Source of the DNA: Eledone cirrhosa
Taxonomy: Eukaryota
Direction of reading: 5' to 3'
Assembly (NCBI GenBank): GCA_964016885.1
Contig: OZ024740.1
Coordinates: forward strand, 18,104,001 to 18,168,000
Length of the DNA: 64,000 nt
The first letter of the stretch is position 1; every line of letters begins with the position of its first letter. Under the pieces are notes generated by a model. It was not told the origin of the DNA, searched no databases, and was given only the letters and a program-made list of their open reading frames with translations. Positions 1 through 11,949 of the stretch are shown here, in pieces. The translations under genes and the position numbers were made by a program.

Positions 1-11
1 AAAAAAAGACG

Positions 12-410
12 TTGCAATACACATATATAAATAAAGAAAACAAAAAACTGGTTAAATTAATAAACAATAACCCTATGGTGCAGACCGAAGGGCCAAACTT
101 TATCTCAACAGAGAACTTCACCCATTTAAAAATGATAAAGGTCCCTCTGGACCTTTATCGTTCCTTAAAAGAACAATTTAGACGGGACGTGAGCCCCCCC
201 TGTTTAAAACCGTTGAATCGCGTCCTCTTGAAAGATTTCCCCATAACCGCCCCTCTCCCTGACACAACTCCAAATACCCCAACCCCACCACACACGTGTA
301 CCCCCACACCACCACAAAACATCCCTCCACCCAACACACCTGATGCCATGGAAATTACGCAACCCGGAGAGGTAAGTGCTTTTCTTTCTTCACTTTCAAC
401 ACCAAAATAG
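12..410 (+). CDS. ORF1 C-terminal part of E1
   Basis: Aligns by eye to the ORF1 end of E3 (QYTYINKENKKL / QYAYISTNNKSL; RDVSPPC / QDVSNPC). Confidence 0.75.
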   Translation: MQYTYINKENKKLVKLINNNPMVQTEGPNFISTENFTHLKMIKVPLDLYRSLKEQFRRDVSPPCLKPLNRVLLKDFPITAPLPDTTPNTPTPPHTCTPTPPQNIPPPNTPDAMEITQPGEVSAFLSSLSTPK

Positions 411-3400
411 ATCAATTGAGAGTTGGCTGTTTGAACGCGCGTGGCCTGAGCTCAGCTTGGAAGCAAGCAAAGCTTCTAAGTGACCTCAGGTCACAAAGTA
501 TAGATGTGATGGTTGTTTGCGAGAGTCGGATCAGCAGCGTGAGACAGCTGGCGCCCGCCTTCGATGACTTTGAGATGCACGCATCTCTCTGTCAACCCGG
601 AGGCGGGGGGGGAGTTGCCGTACTGCTGGATAAACGTCTGACTCTCGACGTACAGATTGTTCACTCGGACCCGGGGGGGTCGATTACTGGTGCTGGACGT
701 CGGAGGTGGTGAAGGCGGGGCTTTCAGACTGGTCGGTCTTTATGCTCCCTTCGGGGCGGAGAGAGCCGACTTCTTCCAACGTCTGGAGACTTTTCTAGGA
801 ACGTCGCGTTCCCTGCTTTTAGTGGGGGACTGGAATGGAATCCTAGATGCGCGTTGGGACTATGCAGGGGCATGTCCCGATAGAGGGGGGTGTAGCAGCC
901 TCAAGGGGTTACTCGATCGATTCGACCTGGTCGATAGATTTCGACTAGATTGTCCAACTGCGCCAACCTGGACCTGGGCAAACCGCAGTGGACAATCTAG
1001 ATCGTACCTAGATAGGTTTTTGGTTAGGAGTAAGGATAGGGACGTATTTAGTTGTCCAGAACTGATCATGGTTGGCTATTCAGATCACAAATTAGTGACC
1101 TGCGTGGTCAACCTTGATAGAACGCATAGACAGGGTCCCGGTTACTGGAAGATGAACTTGTCCTTACCGACAAAGAAAGATTACAGAAACCGGATTAGTA
1201 GCTTAGTTAAGATGCGGTTGACGGGAGCGATCGTCAACAGTAGGTGGTGGATATCTCTAAAGAGAGAGATTAGAGTAAGTTCGATAGGTTACAGTAAGGA
1301 ACTAGCGGCGAATAGAAATAGGAGGGAAAGGGAGTTAACAGATAAACTAGAAGAGGCGATTAGGAGCGGAGACGTAGCCAGAGTGTTAGCGACGAGAACG
1401 GCATTGAGCCAGTTCTTTGACGCGAAGCACGAAGGCTGCGTTGTCCGAAGTAAAATACGTGCTTTAGGAAACGAGGGGACCAAAGCTGTTAGCTGGGCCC
1501 GCGTGACAGAAGCCAAGAGTGGGATTAAATCCACCATTCGGTCTTTGCGAGACCAGGATGGACGGGTGATCCTTGAACCTGAGCGAATGTGCGAGACCTT
1601 TCAAAGGCACTTTGCTCGACTGTTCGGAGGTGGCGGGGGGCCGGACGGGGATGTGGACTTCGGTCCATACCTCGACGGTCTACCGCGTCTTTCGAGCGGC
1701 GAAGCGGAGTGCTGCGAAGGGCCAATCACAGCCACTGAAATCGGGGAAGCGCTCAGCCAATGCAGCAGACGCAAATCCCCGGGTCTCGATGGTCTACCAT
1801 ACGAACTTTATTTAGCTATGCCGGTCTTGTTCTCCGAACTCCTCGAGGCTGTCTATTGCAACTGGCAACAGAACGGGAGAATTCCCTGTTCTGTGACCAA
1901 GGGCGTGGTCACGCTAGTGAGGAAGGACGAGAGCAAGGGGGACGACTTAAGTAACTTTAGGCCCATAACTCTGCTGAATGCAGAGTTACAGATTTTGGCC
2001 AAGGTGTTGGCGAAGAGGTTGGCGCTTGTGGTGGGTGGTTTGGTGGGAGACGCGCAGACATGCGCTATCCCGTCCAGGTCCATTCACGACAACCTCCACC
2101 TCATGCGATACATCATAGAGAGGGTTGGCTACGAACCCGGCTTTGGTGGGGCCCTGATCAACTTGGATCAATCTAAGGCGTTCGATAGGGTCGACCATGG
2201 TTACCTGGATGCGGTGCTAGCGGCGGCGGGCTTCGGACCCGTTTTCAGGGGCTGGATTTCTGCCATGCACAGTGGCAACATCTACTCTAGGATTAAAGTA
2301 AACGGCTACCTCTCGGAGCCGTTTCAAATCACCCGATCCATCAGACAGGGGTGCCCCCTCTCCTCCCTTCTGTACGTATTGACTCTCGAGCCACTGCTGC
2401 GGAAGTTGGAGTTGCTGCGGGGCATACCCCTGGAACCGGGATTGCACAAAGCGGTCTCGGCCTATGCCGACGACGTAACAGTAATGGTGGCGGACGCCTC
2501 GGAAATCGGGGCGATCGCCACCCTACTGGAGGAATACGAAAGGCTGACGGGGGCTAAGCTGAACCAGGACAAGTCAGTCGGTTTGCAACTCGGAACGTGG
2601 AGGGGCAAACCGATGCCGTTAGACGGTGTCGTCGGGCGGTGGACGGAGGGCCCGGTGAAGCTGCTCGGGGTCTGGTTCGGACCGGACCTCCAGGTGGAGA
2701 AGAATTGGGGCGAGGTGACGAGCAGGGTGTTTGCGCTGACCCAGAAGTGGGCCAAGTGCAAACTATCACTGAAAGGTCGGGCGGAGGTGACGAACGCTTA
2801 CATAGCGTCCGTCATCTACAACCGCCTGACCGTCGTGCCTTGCCCCAAGGAAAAGCTCACCATCATGGAACGCATGCTCTTCCAGTTCCTCTGGAAGAAG
2901 CGGCCTCCCATGGTGAGGAGATCCATCTGCTGCCAGCACCCTTCGAAAGGAGGGCTGGGTATGCCGTGGCTGTTGATGCGTAGGCACGCATTGAGGCTAC
3001 GGCATCTACAGGTATTCCTCAACGGTCAGCCGGTGTGGGCCCCGTTTGTGAGGCGAGCCTTCCCACAGCTCGTCTCGCTCACCGAACTGCAATCCTGGGT
3101 GAAGCAAAGACCGAGAAAACTGGGCAACTGGCACACTGAGTGTGCCCAGGCGCTCACGGCTATCTGGCAAGCGGACCCGACTGTCAGTGGAGAATCCACC
3201 TCGACATTCTATAGAGGGTTGGTGGCTAGCAGGGACGACGACACCCTTGGAGAGTCGCTAGGCATGGAGGAGGACGAACTGGCCAGCCTGTTCGGTAGAA
3301 CTTTCGGCCCGGGACCCATGGACAACTTCCAGAGGTCCCTAGCCTGGCAGTGTTACCGGGGGGCTCTGCCCATTCGAGAAAAGCTCTACAGACACGGGCG

Positions 3401-3845
3401 CCCGGGCAGGGATCCCGCGAAAAAGATCTGTCCCAGATGCGTGCGCGACGAGGAAACCGTTGCGCATGCACTGGTACACTGCCCGGGCGTTGCCGATCTG
3501 TGGGGCTACGTCGAACGACTGCTGTCGCGTGTGGCGCCGATTCGATTAACCGCCGAGTCTGTGGTGAACATCAAGCCGCCTCCTCCCTTCAGAAATGAAG
3601 CAGAGGCGGTCTTTCTGTGCGTAATAGCCATGATGAAAGAGGTTGTGTGGTGGACGCGCCTGAAAGGTCTGAGGTCGGGTGACTTTCTCTCCGGCCATCA
3701 CCTGGTTTACTTCTTCCGATACCACTTCGGAAGAAGAATCAGGATGGAGAGAGAAGTGCTTGGTCCCAGACAGTTTTATGAAAGGTGGGTGAAAGAAGCG
3801 AGAATGGCCCGTGTAAATGGGCCTTCTCTCTACATTGTTCTGTAG
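407..3845 (+). pseudogene. ORF2 of E1: APE endonuclease, reverse transcriptase, C-terminal zinc knuckle; one frameshift near the G-run at ~675, start codon apparently ATA
   Basis: LNARGL, VCESR, VGDWN, SYLDRF, YSDH; FRPITLLN, DQSKAFDRV, RQGCPLS, AYADD; CPRC..ETVAHALVHC. ORFs 416..712 and 657..3845 join through a frameshift. Confidence 0.92.
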
Positions 3846-4101
3846 GTGAAGAAGTGAAGAGGAAAGGGGGAGCGCCTCCTCTCTGGGCTTCCCCCGCGAA
3901 AAGAGTTGCACACTTTTCGGGGGTATGTGCAATCCCCAACACGCCCCCTCCCTTTTGAGGACTTTTTATTGTTATATTATTATTGTTATTCCTTTTTTCT
4001 TTACTCGATTTATGTAAACTCCCCCACTGTGTAAATGTCCCCTTCTTTTGTGCCCTCGTGGCAAATAAATAGAAATTTATCTATCTATCTGACTGACGCG
4101 T

Positions 4102-6538
4102 CACTTTGCTCAACTGTTCGGGCAGGGCGGCGCGCCGGGAGGAGCTATGGATTTCGGTTCATACCTCGACGGCCTACCGCGACTCTCGGACAGCGAGGCA
4201 AAGTTCTGTGAAAGGCCGATTTCAGCCGCTGAGATAGGGGACATGCTGAGCCAATGCGGAAAACGCAAATCTCCAGGTCACGACGGTCTACCATACGAAT
4301 TTTACGTAGCAATGCCGGACTTGTTCTCCGGTCTCCTGGAAGCGGTCTACTGCAACTGGCAGCAGAACGGGAGAATTCCCAGTTCTGTGACCAATGGCGT
4401 AGTCACGTTAGTCAGGAAGGACGAGAACAAGGGGGATGACATAGGAAACTTCCGGCCCATAACTCTGCTCAACACAGAGTTACAGATTTTGGCCAAGGTG
4501 TTGGCAAAGAGGCTGGCGCTTGTCATCGAAAACCTGGTGGTAGAAGCGCAGACATGCGCAATCCCGACCAGGTCCATACACGACACCCTCCACCTCATGC
4601 GATACATCATAGAGAGGGTAGAGTGTAAACCCGCCGTCGGTGGGGCCCTGATCAACTTGGATCAGTCTAAGGCTTTCGATAGGGTTGACCATCGTTACCT
4701 GGATGCGGTGTTCGAGGCGGCAGGCTTCGGTCCCGTGTTCAGGGGCTGGATTGCTGCAATGCACAACAGCAACATCTGCTCAAGGGTCAAAGTCAACGGC
4801 TAGCTCTCGGAGCCGTTCCATATCACGCGATCCATCCGACAGGGATGCCCTCTCTCCTCCCTTCTATACGTACTGACTCTCGAGCCACTACTGCGGAAGT
4901 TGGAGCTATTGCAGGGCATCCCTTTGGAACCGGGACTGCGAAAAGCAGCGTCGACCTACGCCGACGACATTACAGTAATAGTGTCGAGTACCTCGCAAAT
5001 CGGGGAGTCCGGCAGCTCACTGGAGGAATACGAAAGGTTCACAGGAGTGAAGCTGAACCGGGACAAATCTGTCAGTTTGCAACTCGGAACGTAGAGAGGC
5101 AAGGCGATGCCTTCCGATGACGTCGTCTGACGCCGGACGGAAGGACCGGTAAAGCTGCTCGGGGTCTGGTTTGGCCCAGACCTCCAGGTGGAGAAGAACT
5201 GGAACGAGGTGACGGCCAAGGTGTTTGCGCTCACCCAGAAGTGGGCCGAGTGCAAACTATCCTTGAAAGGTCGAGCGGAGGTGGCGAACATTTTTATAGC
5301 GTCCGTCATCTACTACCGCTTGACCGTTGTGCCTTGTCCAGCCAAAACGCTCACCAAAATGGAGCGCGCGCTCTTCCAATTCCTTTGGAAGAAACGGGCT
5401 CCTTTGGTGAGAAGATCCATCTGCTGCCAACACTCTTCAAACGGAGGGCTGGGGATGCTGTGGCTGATGATGCACAAACACGCGCTCAGGCTGCGGAACC
5501 TCCACGTATTCCTCACCAGACAACCGGTGTGAGGCGAGCTTTCCCACGACTCGTCTCGCTGACTGAGCTGCAGTCCTGGGTCAAGCAAAGACCGAGGAAA
5601 ATGGGCGACTGGCACATCGAATGTGCTCAGGCGCTCACAGTCCTCTGGCAAACTGACCCGGCGATCAGTGGTGACTCCACTTCGACATTCTATAGGGAGT
5701 TGGTCCGCAGCAAGTGCGACGACACGCTCGGAGAAACTCTAGGCGTAGAGGAGGACGAACTGGTCAGTCTGTTCGGTAGGACCTTCCGCCCGGGACCAGT
5801 GGACAACTTCCAAATGTCCCTGGCCTGGCAGTGCTACCGAGGAGCTCTACGAGTTCGAGACAAGCTCTACAGACACGGGCGCCCGGGTAGGGACCCTTCG
5901 AAAAAGATCTGTCCGAGATGCGTGCGCGACGAGGAAACCGTCGCACACGCATTTGTACACTGCCCGGGCGTTACCGACCTGTGGGGCTATGTAAAACGAC
6001 TATTGTCGCGGGTGGGATCAATCCAGTTGACCACCGAGTCCATTGTCATGATCAAACCGCCACCCTCCTTCAAAAACGAGGGAGAGGCGGTTTTCTTATG
6101 TGTTATGGCCATGGTGAAAGAGGTTAAAAGGGCTGAGGTCAGACACCTTTCTCTCCGGCGAGCAACTGATTCGTTTTTTCAAATATCATTTTGGAAGAAG
6201 AATCAGGATGGAGAGAGAGGTGCTGTACCCCAGCAAATTTTATAAAAGGTGGGTGAATGTGGCAAAGATGGCCCGAGTGGTTGGGCCTTCTCTCTATATA
6301 AGCCTGTAGGTTGAGGAAAAAGAGGAAAAGAGGAAGGGAGTACTCACTCTTGGTGCTCCTGGAGATGAGGCTTGTACATTTTTTCGGGGTGTGTACAACC
6401 CCTGTGTAACACCTCCCCCCAATTGTTATTTGTTATTGTATTAATAGTTTTATTTTCATATACCTGTAAGTAAACTCCCCATTTGTATTTGTCTCCTTCT
6501 TTTGTGCCCTTATGGCTAATAAAGAAATGTATCTATCT
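4102..6538 (+). mobile_element. 5'-truncated, decayed Tx1/L1-clade copy E2
   Basis: Starts at cactttgctc (equivalent to E1 ~1608); RT with TYADD, several stops and frameshifts; AATAAA and TATC tail. Confidence 0.92.
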
Positions 6539-6744
6539 GACTGACGCGTGGAACATCGCCGGTAAGATTTTGTAAATTTATATACGAAAAACAGAACAAA
6601 TTGTTTGAAAAAAACATATTATTTTGTAGATTAACCCCCAAGCTGAATTGTCAGCTGGCTGGTAATCCCCTTTTTCGCCCCTTTAGGGGCGAAAATTTAA
6701 TTAAAAATTTTTTTTTAAATATCAAATTTTGCCAACTATAAAAC

Positions 6745-8343
6745 ATGAATAACTCGACAAGAACGCTGGAGAACGTCGACATCTCCAATGCAAGAGATAT
6801 GCTCCAGCAAGGGAGAAGATTTGTAACTTTCGAAGAGAAGGGTGGGTTTAGAATTAACTCACCCCTTGAAATAAAAGAAGACACAGTTCGAATGTCAGTG
6901 ATCTTTAGGACTGTGTCCAATACCACGAGAAAGTCGATATTTGTTAGTCAAGGAGATAGAGAAAATACCTTGAAAGAAATTCTAGCAAATATCGAATTTC
7001 TCCAACGAGGAAAACAGTACGGAAGTGTTTCGGTACTGTTTAAAAGCGAGGCGCCCAAAAACATTCTGTGACACCAATAGTGTCAAAAGCATTCACCTTT
7101 TCCCCTAAATACATGGGAAAAAGGACACAAAAAATAAAAATAATAAAATATACCACCAAACATTAACATCTGGTGGATCTTAGCTGGCTTCGTAGAGCCA
7201 GAAACTGATATGATTCTTTCGATACGAAAGTCTATTCGACAAAGGTGGGTGGGTACTGATTTGGAGATTCTATTGCAAATGAAGCCGGAGAGAATCTCCA
7301 AAATACCCGAAAGAGTCGTCATCGATGATAACAACAAAATAAACATTTCGGTAGAAGGACGAACATTTCATTGCTTTCGCTGTGGTAGCACAGCACACCT
7401 AAAAGCCTCTTGTCCTTCACAAACACACCACAACAACATCATTAAAAAAACACTATTACCAATACCAACACCAAAACAACCCCCACCACCACAAGTACAA
7501 CGACAGACGAAACGAGCAACCACACCAAAACAAACAGCCACTCAACCAAAAACAACAGAAAAAACAGAGACAACAACCCTGAAGAACACAGCCCCACCCC
7601 ATCCCACTCCATCAAACACTACCACAAACACACACACCGAAACACCACCACCACACAACATACACCTACCCCACACTCCTGACGATGATTATTCATCGAC
7701 GGATGAAGCTGCTTCTCCTTCTTTAAGTGAAGAAGAGGGAGAGCCGCGGAAATCTAAAAAACAAAAAAAGAGACACCACAAAACCCCCAAAACTCCAATC
7801 ATCAACACCAACACACAACCACAGACACAAACAACAACACAAACAACACCACAGTCAAACATCCCCCTATCAGCAAAACCAACACCAACACCACCCCAAA
7901 CACAAGCACCCACCATAAAAAGAAAACTCCCGGACGAACAACAAACTAAAACAACACAACAAAAACACAAACAACAATACGCATACATCAGCACAAACAA
8001 CAAGAGTTTGATGGAGGTCATCTCCCAAAAGCCCAAGCTGGAGACGGAGGGTAAAACTTTCGTCAAGGCAGAATCGTCTCCACACCTTAAACTTATAAGG
8101 GTTTCTATGGAAACCTATAATGACCTGAAAAATAAATTTTCACAGGACGTGAGCAACCCCTGCTAGAAACCCATCAACCGCGTCCTGTTAAAATGTTTCC
8201 CCACCCCACCCAACACCCCATCCAGCACCCAAATGGAGATTGAACAACCTGATCTCCAGGAAACGAAAAGGTAAGTGCACCTTTCGTCCTTTTTCTCCAA
8301 CTCTTCTTCACCAACATGGCTGGTTTACGAGTTGGAAGCGTGA
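6745..8343 (+). pseudogene. ORF1 (gag-like) of E3, disrupted
   Basis: ORFs 6745..7071 and 7210..8166; zinc knuckle CFRCGSTAHLKASC; Pro/Thr-rich linker; TAG at 8164 interrupts similarity to E1 ORF1. Confidence 0.8.
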
Positions 8344-11300
8344 ATGTGCGTGGCCTAGGGATGTCCTGGAAACAGGGCCAACTTTTAAACGACGTTAGTG
8401 CAACAGCCTCAAAACTTTAATCGGCAAATTCCAACTGGCCGATAGGTATCGACTGGATTTCCCGACTGCACCACAGTGGACATGGGCAAACCGCAGTGGG
8501 ACATCTAGATCGTATTTAGATAGGTTCTTCATTAGAGAAAGGGACAAGGAGATGTTAACCTGTCCACGAATGCACATGGTTGCCTATTCAGATCACAAGT
8601 TAGTCGTCTGCTTAGTCAACCGTGATAGAATACATAGACAGGGTCCCGGATACTGGAAGCTGAACGTGTCGTTGCCGGCACGTAAAGCTTACAGTGAACG
8701 GATAAGTAGATTAGTCAAGCAACAGTTAACGGGAGCCATCGTCAACAATAGATGGTGGTACTCTCTCAAGAAAGCAATTAGAATAGAATCGATAGGGTAT
8801 AGCAGAGAGTTAGCCTTAGAGAAAAACAGAATAGAAAGAGAACTAGTAGCCAAGGTAGAGGAGGCACTTAGAAGTGGCAACGCAGCTAGAGTATTAGCGT
8901 CGAGAACGGCACTGGACCAGTTCTTCGATGCGAAACACGAAGGCTGCGTGGTCAGAAGCAAGACACGTGCTCTAGGAAACGAAGGAGCGAAATCTGTCAG
9001 CTGGGCCCGAGTGGCGGAGGCAAAAAGTGGCAACAAGTCCACGATTCCTTCTTTGAAAGACCAAAACCGACGCGTGCTACTTGACCCAAGCAAATGTGCG
9101 CGGCCTTTCAGCGGCACTTTGCGCGACTGTTTGAGCAGAACGACGGTGAGCCGAACGGGGCAATGGACTTTAGTTCATACCTCGACGGCCTGCCGCGTCT
9201 CTCGAACACGGACGCCGAGTTCTGCGAAAGACCGATCACGGACACTGAGATACGGGACGCTCTGGGCCGCTGCGGGAAACGTAAGTAACCCGGTCTAGAT
9301 GGTCTACCCTACGAATTTTACATAGGCAAGCCGGACTTGTTCTCTGGTGTCCTCGAAGCCGTCTACTGCAATTGGCAGCAGAACGGAAGAATTCCCAGTT
9401 CTGCAGGCAAGGGCGTAGTAACGCTGATCAGGAAAGACGAGAACAAGGGGGACGAAATTAACAACTTCAGGCCCATAACTCTGTTCAACACAGAGTTAAA
9501 GATTTTGGCCAAGGTGCTAGCGACGAGGTTGGCGCTTGTCGTCGGGAACCTGGTAGGGAAAGCGCAAACGTGTGCAATCCCGACCAGGTCCATACACGAC
9601 AACATCCACCTCATGCGATACATCATAGAGAGGGTGGGTAGTAAACCCGGCTTCGGTGAGGCTCTGATCAACTTGGATCAGTCTAAGGCATTCGATAGGG
9701 TCGACCATCGATACTTGGAAGCGGTTCTCAAGGCGGCCGGTTTCGGTCCCGTGTTCAGAGGATGGATCGAGGCGATGCACACCAGCATCTGCTCGAGGGT
9801 CAAGGTGAACGGCTACCTATCGGAGCCGTTCGCAATCACGCGTTCCATTCGACAGGGGTGCCTTCTCTCCTCCATTCTGTATGTATTGACTCTAGAGCCA
9901 CTACTGCGGAAATTGGAGCTGTTGCAGGGCATCCATCTAGAACCTGGACTGCGCAAAGCGGCGTCGGCTTATGCCGACGACGTGACGGTAATGGTGTCGA
10001 GCACATCGGAAATCGGGGTGATCGGCAACTTACTGAAAGAATACGAAACGCTGACGGGAGCAAAACTAAACCCGGACAAGTCTGTCGGTTTGCAACTCGG
10101 TACGTGGAGAGGCAAACCGATGACGTCCGACAGCGTCGTTGGACGCTGGACGGACGGACCGGTGAAATTGCTCGGAGTCTGGTTCGGTCCAGACCTCCAG
10201 GTGGAGAAAAACTGGAACGAGGTCACGGCCAAGGTGTTTGCACTCACCCAGAAGTGGGCAGAGTGCAAACTGTCCTTGAAAGGTCGAGCGGAGGTGGCGA
10301 ACACTTTCATAGGGTTCGTCATCTACTACCGCTTGACTGTCGTGCCTTGTCCCCGTGAACACCTCGCCAAGATGAAACGCATGCTCTTCCAGTTTCTGTG
10401 GAAGAAGCAGGCTCCGCTGGTGAGGAGATCCGTCTGCTGTCAGCACCCTTCCAACGGAGGGCTGGGAATGCCGTGGCTGATGATGCGCAAACATGCGCTG
10501 AGGCTGCGGCATCTCCAGGTATTCCTCACCGACCCCCAACCGGTGTGGGCACCGTTTGTGAGACAGGCTTTCCCACAGCTCGTCTCGCTGACGGAGCTGC
10601 AGTCCTGGGTGAAGAAAAGACCGAAAACGATGGGCGCCTGGCACATTGAATGCGCTCAGGCGCTCACAGTCCTCTGGCAAGCGGGCGCAGCAATCAGTGG
10701 AGACTCCACTTCGACATTCTATAGAGGGATTGTACGTTACAAGGGCGACGACGTGCTCGGAGAGACTCTGGGCGTCGAAGACGATGAGCTCACCAGTCTG
10801 TTTGGTAGGACTTTCCGCCCGGGACCTATGGACAACTTCCAGAGGTCCCTGGCCTTGCAGTGCTACCGAGGAGCTCTACCGGTTCATGACAAGATCTACA
10901 GGCACCGACGCCCCGGCAGGGATCCTTCCAAGAGGACGTGTCCAAGATGCGCGCAGGACATTGAAACAGTCCTGCACGCAATTGTACACTGCCCGGGCGT
11001 AACCGACCTGTGGAACTATGCAGAACAACTGCTGTCGCGTATGGGACAAATACAGTTGACTGCCGAGTCCATAGTAAGGATCAAACCGCCAGACTCTTTC
11101 AAAAACGAAAGAGAGGCGGTTTTCCTCTGTACGGTGGCTATGGTGAAAGAAGTTATATGGTTGAGAGGACTGAGGTCAGATGCCTTTCTCTCCGGACAAC
11201 AATTGATTCCCTTCTTTAAGTATCACTTTAGAAGGGGAATCAGGGTGGAGAGAGAGGCACTGCACCCCAGTAAATTTACTGAAAGGTGGGTGAATGAAGC

Positions 11301-11346
11301 GAAAATGGCCCGAGTGATTGGGCCTTCTCTGTTTATAAGCCTGTAG
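8316..11346 (+). pseudogene. ORF2 of E3 (APE partly deleted, RT, zinc knuckle)
   Basis: MAGLRVGSVNVRGL start at 8316, deletion at ~8400, AYADD in ORF 9337..11346, CPRC..H..HC. Confidence 0.9.
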
Positions 11347-11649
11347 GTTGAGGAAGAGATAAAAAGGAAGAAAGGAGCACTTGTACAACACGCGCCTGGA
11401 GTTCAGGGTTGTTCTATCGACGGGGTATTAAACAACCCATTTGTGGCGCCTCCCCCCTATTGGGGATTTCGATTGTTGTAATTGTTTGTTTTTTTATTTT
11501 TTACACGACTGTATGTAAAATCCCCGGCATGTCTTTGTATTGTCCTCTACTCTTGTGCGCCCTTGTGGCTAATAAAGAAATATCTCTCTATCTGTCTATC
11601 TATTTTGTAACAGTTGATTGAGAAATATGTTGCCATTTAGCCAATTAAA

Positions 11650-11885
11650 AACCACACATACACAGACATACACATACACAAAAGCACACATTGACACACA
11701 CAGATACATACACATGCACACAAGCACACACTGACACACACATATATATACACATACACACAAGCACACACTGACACACACACACATAGTTACATATACA
11801 AACACACACACACACACATATATTTACACCTACACAGACACATAAACACCACCAAGTACACACACACATAGTTACACACACATAT
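11650..11885. repeat. Degenerate (CA)n/(TA)n microsatellite
   Basis: Direct inspection. Confidence 0.85.
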
Positions 11886-11949
11886 TGCATGCCTCAATAG
11901 CCATCTATTCAATAATATATAAATGAAGTTAGCCATAGTTCAATACCAG

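Larger units (their letters stand above)
1..4090 (+). mobile_element. Tx1/L1-clade non-LTR retrotransposon, copy E1 (5' end outside window)
   Basis: ORF1 C-terminus, APE-RT-CCHC ORF2, 3' UTR with AATAAA (~4064) and (TATC)n tail. Confidence 0.93.
6539..11602 (+). mobile_element. Near full-length Tx1/L1-clade copy E3
   Basis: 5' UTR, ORF1 with CCHC knuckle, ORF2 with ~400-bp deletion in the endonuclease, AATAAA and TATC-type tail. Confidence 0.92.

Noticed and set aside
860-10680. Antisense and alternative-frame ORFs over the Tx1 copies
   Set aside because: Shadow ORFs of GC-rich coding sequence; recurrence reflects element homology.
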